Source of the DNA: Felis catus
Taxonomy: Eukaryota
Reading direction: 5' to 3'
Length of the DNA stretch: 64,000 nucleotides
Assembly (NCBI RefSeq): GCF_018350175.1
Contig: NC_058372.1
Location: forward strand, 30,504,001-30,568,000
Shown here: positions 53,261-64,000 of the stretch, piece by piece
Position numbering within the stretch: position 1 is the first letter of the stretch
Layout: the number at the start of each line of letters is the position of its first letter
Program-made: the position numbers and the translations under genes
Notes under the pieces: model-generated
Database searches by the model: none
What the model was told of the DNA's origin: nothing
The model's input: the letters and a program-made list of their open reading frames with translations, nothing else

Positions 53261-56200
53261 CTCTTCGAGGATAAGGGATGGGGGTGTTAAAGAGAGGGAA
53301 TCCTGGGAACCTCCTCGTTTCTCCGCCAGTCTCTTTGAACACAGGATTTTTTTTTCCTGCCTCAGTTTCCCTGCTGCATTAATCAGAGGACACTCGCACT
53401 CCTCCCTCACACGAGAAACAACATCAGCAGCTTGGTCAAGCCCATGAGGGTCTAGGGAAGGAATTTTAGAATGTGAAGGTGGTCGTTTATTCCCTTTTCC
53501 ATATTCCTTCCAGACTCCAGGAGGACAGGGACCTGGAAATGGACACTGAGATTGGGGGAAGAGAGTGGTGAAAGGTAGGGCAGGGGATGGGAAGGGAGAC
53601 AACCAGGCCTTGTGCTAGGGAAACAAGAAGCTGAGCCAACGGGCCTCATCACTGGGGGAGGTCTGCTCCTCCTCAGTAGCCTGGTCAGCTTTAATACTTC
53701 CACTTCTGCCCCCATTCTGGGCCCCTTCCTGTGCCCCTTGTCCTTCTCTGACTGATTGATTGAAGATGGGAGAAGCGGGGAAGGGTGGGATTTTTATGGC
53801 CACAGAATAGAGCTGCACTGATCCTGGAGGGGATGGTAGCTGGTCCTATTATGGAAGAAAAAAAGCAAAGATCAGATGGAATAATGTAAGTGGAGTCCTT
53901 GGGGACACAAATAAGTAGGGAGGCAGAGGAAGAGTAGCTTGATTTTCGAGGTTCTGTCAAACTCTTTATGATCTGCTGAAAAATGGCTTTATAATACATC
54001 CTCCAAACTGGATATATTCCAGCCTCCATATCCCGAATCTCCCTCCTACCCTACCATACCTTCTCTTTCTTCCTCACCACTTGCTCACAAGAGACCTACA
54101 GTTCCAGAAAAACATGGTGGAGTGCAAGCATATAGGAGCAAAACAGGCCTTGACACTTAAAGAAAGGGAGAGACTTGGGGGAGGACTGGGGCAGAGTGAG
54201 AAACATGCTGCTGGAAACTAACAGTTAGTGGTTTCCTCTCCTGCTTCCTTTTCTGTGGGTTTTCTCCTCTCTGGGGGAAGGCCTATTTCTCTCCTCCCCA
54301 GAGAGGAGATATATTGTGTTTGCTTCCTTGAATAGTAAGATCCTATAAGGTTGTAGAATGATTCCATGAGTGTGTATGGGGGGGGGGGGGAGTCTTCTCC
54401 ATGGGTGATCCTCAAATTCTGCACACAGGACCCCTTCCATCTGAGGAAAGGAGGTCAAACCAGCCCTATTCCTAGGGTCCTCTTCTGTTTCAGCTGGTCA
54501 ATGTCCATCAGAGAATATGCCCCACAAAGATCTCCCTTCTGGGAGACGCCTCAGGCAAATAGGGCCAGCCCTGAGCTGAAACAGGTTTTGGCAGCTTCTT
54601 CTCTGCCTCTCTTTTCTCTCCTACAGCTTTATAGCTAGAGCTGGCTTGATTATCAATATTGACTTTGGCTGGCTGGCTTGGCTACCCAAAAGGTATTTTG
54701 CCTTAATTTCCCAGATGACAGGTAATGCTGCCCTCTCCCGGTACTATTCAGGAGAGCCCCCTGGATTTGAAACCGGGGGCTGCAGCCTCAAATCCTGCAT
54801 CAGCGAAGTGTCCCTCTGGTCTCATCTCCTTACCTCTGCTTTTCTCCTATCTTAATATCTATCCTTTTCTTTGAAAGGTGGTTTCTTTTTTCACTCCTTC
54901 CCCTTCCTTGGCTTGGTAAACCAGTCCCTAATCTCTTTTCACCCCAGATTGGAAGGTGTGTCCCTCTCTGACACGCCTTAGAGTTATGATGGTCTCTTCC
55001 AGGTTTCCATAGCTCCATTGCTCAACCGTTTGCCAGGGGTAACCATTAACCTAGCACTTAACTCACTCCCCAGCTTTCTTGCTAGAGGGGATTTTCCAAT
55101 TATTGTTTAGCAGAGCCAGATTATCCCACCATCTTCTCTAACCTCTTGGATGGGATCTCCCCATCTCAGGGTACCCTGGACAAAGTTGGGGAGGAGGATG
55201 TATTTTTTAAAGTATATACTTGTTTATTTCTGTCCCCCTCACAATCTTCTCACTTACCCTCCCGTCACACACACTAAAAAGTAAGTTTCATGAAGTCCAT
55301 ACTTAATGTTCAGTACTTTGGGTCTACCACCTGACCCAGAATAGGCACTAAATAGTTGCTGAGTGAATGAATAACACCCCTCTGTACTTAGGGATGTGGG
55401 TGTGTGTGCATCTGTAGGAGGGGTACAGACATGTCTCAGCAGGAGTGTAGCTGTTCTTATCAGGTCTACTTCTCTCCACCAGACTTTGGTGTAATTCGAA
55501 TGCTTCCACTTCCTTGTGGGAGACAAAAATTATAATTGAGACCCAGTAGTTCCCTCGTTGGGGTGGCAATACCCTGAACCAAGGATATAGGCAAAAGAGG
55601 ACTAGGATAGGAGTCTTGCTTATTTCTGTTTATTTATTTAAAACACGTGGCTTTTACTAAGTTTACCAGGCACTATTCTAAGCTGTTCATAAATACTAGT
55701 TCAGTGGGTACAAATATTAATTTAGAGTTGTTGGTACAGGTTTAATAATGTGCTTATCTTCGCTCTCCGGAAAAAAAAAATGCAATTCGCCTCTGCCCCT
55801 TTAGGCTGCTCCCCCCAACCCGCCTAGACCAGTTAGTTCTGTAGGCTCTGACTCAAGCTCCGCTTCCGACTTTCACAGGCTCCACCCCGCGTCAATCAAA
55901 GCCCAAACCGGGAAGGCCTAAGGCCCGAGTGCTAAGCAACGGCACTGGCGGCGGGAAGTTTGAACGTTCGGACACCGCCCCATATGCGAATAGACCAATC
56001 AGCGTCCAGCCGTCTTAGCAACAGCGATCCTCTCCTCCCTCCAGTCCTGTCGAAATCTTAAGCAGGATCCGGATCTCTCCGGCCAATAGCGGCTTAGAGG
56101 GGCGGGGCGTGTGCGCGCGCACCCCGCCCCCACTCAGGTGTGCCTCTCTTGCGGGAGGGCGGCTCTTAGTGACGCGGTTTCGCGCACGTAGCTACCCAGG

Positions 56201-56619
56201 TGACTGAAAACGCGGGGAAGTGCCGCGAGTGTCCGCAACTGGGGTGGGAAGTCGAGAAGTTAGGGTGGCGATAGTGGGGGCGTGGTTGGCAGAGGCGGGG
56301 AGAGGAGACGTGCAGACTCGGCCCTCAGGGCCCTCCAGCCAAAGTACAAGCTCCGGGTGACCGGAATGTGGGTGGGGCACGTGGGGTTTTGCAGTCTGGA
56401 CTTTGGTGATATACCTAAGAAGTCGCCCGTCAAAATGTCCGCAGATGTTAAAAACAAAACGTTACCGCATCTCTCCCCGGCCCTTGCAGCCCTGCGCCTC
56501 AGCCTTCTCCCAGTTCGGGTGGATTTGCGTGTCTACGCACCCCCTATCCCAGCCTCCTGGCGGTGAAATCCCGCTCCTGAACCGTCTTCGTTTTCTGCGC
56601 CCGCAGAGCGTCCAAGGCC

Positions 56620-61070
<4,451 letters not shown>

Positions 61071-61699
61071 GTAAGTCTCACACATGTGCTGCAGGTTAAT
61101 GCATTCATTCTACAGACTCACACAAACCACCCCATCTCATAGTGCTGAGAACTGCCATTTCCCAAATGCTGGCTAAACGCGTTTAATCCTCACACCAATC
61201 CCGTGTGGTAGCTAGTATCCTCATTTTGTGTTGTCAGCACAGATATACGTATGCCCATTGATGGTACAGACTGGCACACATGCAAGCAGCAGAAACAATC
61301 ACAAAACACTAATGCACACATGGTAATATCTTTTTTTATTGAAGTGTAGTTGATATACAATATTAGTTTCAGGTATACAATATAGTGATTCAGTGTTTAT
61401 ATACGTTACGAAGTGATCACCATAACTCTAGCTACCATCTGTCACCATGCAAAGTTATCACAGTATTATTAACTATATTCCTTATGCTATACATTGTGTC
61501 TTTTTTTTAATAACTGGAAGTTTTGACCTCATATGGTACTGTCTTTACTTTTTTTAAGATTTTTAAATTTTATTTTAAGTACAATCAACTTCCCAACGTG
61601 GCGCTCAGACTCATGACCCCAGGATCAAGAGTCACATGCCAGGCCCCACATGGTACTATCTTTAATTATAAAAACCACACTTCACATTTGAGCTATTGT

Positions 61700-62705
61700 C
61701 TGTTGACTTTCAAAATTGTGTCTCTATTTCTGAGCTGTATATGTGGAATGCTCACCGCACATCATCACCAGTTGCAATTTCTATAGGCAGTTCAAGCTCA
61801 GAGCATCTAAACTGATGCCCACTGGACCTGTTCGTCTTCCTGCATTCTTTTTTATCTGCATAATGGCATCGCTGGCAGTACTGCTTCTCAGCCTTGGATT
61901 GATGCTTCTCCTTCACCCTTCATATTCAATTATTCACTAAGGCCTATTGATTGTACCCTGAAATGTCTTTCTCAGCCATCTCTCTCCCTCTTTCCACTGC
62001 TCTAACTCTGGCTGTAATCATTTCTAACCTTGGGCATTGTATTCACCTTCAGATTGGTCTCTGTGCTTTGAATCTCTTCTTTTTCCAATCTGTCCTTCGT
62101 TCTAAAATACTTGTCATTCCACAACAGAGATCTGAGCATGTCACTCCACTTTTTTTTTTTTTTTAAACCTTAAGTAAAAACAAAATAACATAAACCTCAG
62201 ACTTCCCTGTTCTCCGTGGGATGGAGATTAACATCTTTAGCAGTATGATGTTCAGGGCCCCTCCCATTCACCCCAATTTAAACTTCCATGATTATTTTCC
62301 CAAGCCTTTCTTAAATCCATCCTTACTGGATCTGCCCTATAGTCCAGTCATTTGGGCCACTTTCCATCATGGAAATACACCATGCCCATGTTTATGCAGT
62401 TCCCTCTGGAAAGTTTTTCCCTTGTTCTTCACCTGTCAGAATCTTACATCTTCTTCAAGGTACAAGCCAACTATCACCTTCGTGGTGAAACTTTCACAGG
62501 CACCCATAAGGAGACTGACACACACCTTCCCATTTGCTCTCACGTTGCCTGTTTGTTTTCTAGTTGCACTGTCACGTCAGGTTGGAGTTAGCGGTCCGTG
62601 AATCTGCTTGTTCTCATAGCCGTGAGCTCCGTACAGCGGTCATTCCTGTTACCTCAGTGCCTGGCACATGGCCTTGTATGTAGTAGCACCGAGTGAGTGA
62701 GTAGG
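61700..62705 (+). mobile_element. Fragmented LINE-2
   Basis: L2-like pyrimidine-rich sequence ending cagtgcctggcacatgg...gagtgagtgagt. Confidence 0.55.
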
Positions 62706-63274
62706 TACACAAATGCAAACACATTGGTCACGTCATCTGTACAAACTCAGAGCTGAAACCTTTGCTAGCCTACAGGTGCGCAATCCTTTACCCACCTCAC
62801 CTGCCCTGCACTGTGTGTCTTTTAGAGGTTAATTTAGGATAATCTGAGGTCATCTCCAGGTAATTGGGATGCCTTCATTACCCACGCATTCTACAGGTGC
62901 AGATCTCTAATCTCAACCAGGGATGAGAGAGAAGGAATTCTCAGGGGAGAAGAGATCAGCATTAAAGGGGAGGGGAGGAATGCAGATCCCCCCAGGTAGG
63001 ATCCAGCGGGGCATGGAATCACAACTTGAATCATGAACTAAGGACCCAGTTGGCCTCCAACTGGACAGGGCACCAGGAAGGTGACTGAATGTCACATTAT
63101 GCTCTAAAGAGCACTGTGCTCACAGTCTGGAGACCTGAGTTTGAGACCCAGCTCTAGATTTTGGACAAGCTGCTTGTCTAAGGGCTTCATTTCCTCAGCT
63201 ATAGAATTAGGAGGTTTAGCTTGACTAAGATTTCTCCTGCCACTAGCAGTACGTGAGTCAGAAAAACCTAAGTA

Positions 63275-63481
63275 TTTTTTTTAATGCTTATTTATTTTTG
63301 AGAGAGAGAGCGAGAGAGAGAGAGAGTGCTAGTGTGAGCACAAGTGGAGGAGGGGCAGAGAATCCAAAGTGGGTTCTGTGCTGACAGCAGAGAGTCCAAT
63401 TCAGGGCTCAGACTTGCAAGCCGCAACATCATGGCCTGAACCAAAGTCGGATGCTTAACTGACTGAGCCACCCAGGCGCCC
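63275..63481 (-). mobile_element. CAN-SINE
   Basis: TSD gaaaaaccta(a/g)gtatttt. Confidence 0.9.
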
Positions 63482-63753
63482 TGAAAAACCTAGGTATTTT
63501 ACAAGAAAGTCTGCTTGTACTCTCCAAGGTGGGGAAGGGTATTCACAGACTGACCTACACAGCTGCTGGTGGAGCTCTCTGTGGCTAAGGAGCAGAGGTG
63601 CCTAAAACCTACCCTCGAATCCAGCCTAATTCTCCACTTTAACCTGGGGTGTTCTAACCCAGGGTAACTGGCCATAGACTATATAGTGTGAGATACATAT
63701 CCTCGGGCCATAGTGTCTCCATAGGTTGGTTCTTTATATAAAGTAGCATGCCT

Positions 63754-63935
63754 GGGGTGGCTGGGTGGCTCAGTCCGTTGACTTTGGCTCAGGTCATCAT
63801 CTCACAGTTTGGGGATTTGAACCCTGCATCGGGCTTTGCGCTGAGAACTCAGAGCCTTCTTTGGATCCTCTGTCTCCCTCCCTCTCCGCCCCTCCCCCCA
63901 AAATATATAAACATTAAAAAAATAAATAAAGTAAA
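63754..63935 (+). mobile_element. CAN-SINE
   Basis: ggggtggctgggtggctcagtc head; A-rich tail; flanking catgcct repeats. Confidence 0.85.
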
Positions 63936-64000
63936 ATAACATGCCTAATGGCTTGCTCTAATACAGAAAATAATTCATGGGCTCACAGGTCCTTGCAGAG

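Overview
Mammalian genomic DNA from a felid (young SINEC_Fc-type CAN-SINEs), covering the MHC class III Ly6/Ig cluster in the conserved order LY6G5C(-), ABHD16A/BAT5(-), LY6G6F(+), LY6G6E(-), LY6G6D(+), LY6G6C(-), MPIG6B/G6B(+), DDAH2(-), CLIC1(-) and the 5' part of MSH5(+). All coding exons were mapped by hand from GT-AG junctions and phase. Main discovery: a decayed, apparently unannotated three-exon Ly6/uPAR gene resembling LY6G5C, on the minus strand between LY6G5C and ABHD16A (about 6680-8127), with a TATA box, a signal-peptide exon, an LRCxxC exon and an MVxDC exon. Other points: a 1-nt frameshift in ABHD16A exon 1 (real allele or assembly error) with an in-frame alternative first exon that would bypass it; an intact LY6G6E; four stop-free 3n introns; shared poly(A) signals between convergent genes; altered G6b-A and MSH5sv splice variants; and a solo LTR in LY6G6D. 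Comparisons with human and mouse proteins are from memory and were not computed. There is one N gap (14876-15016).
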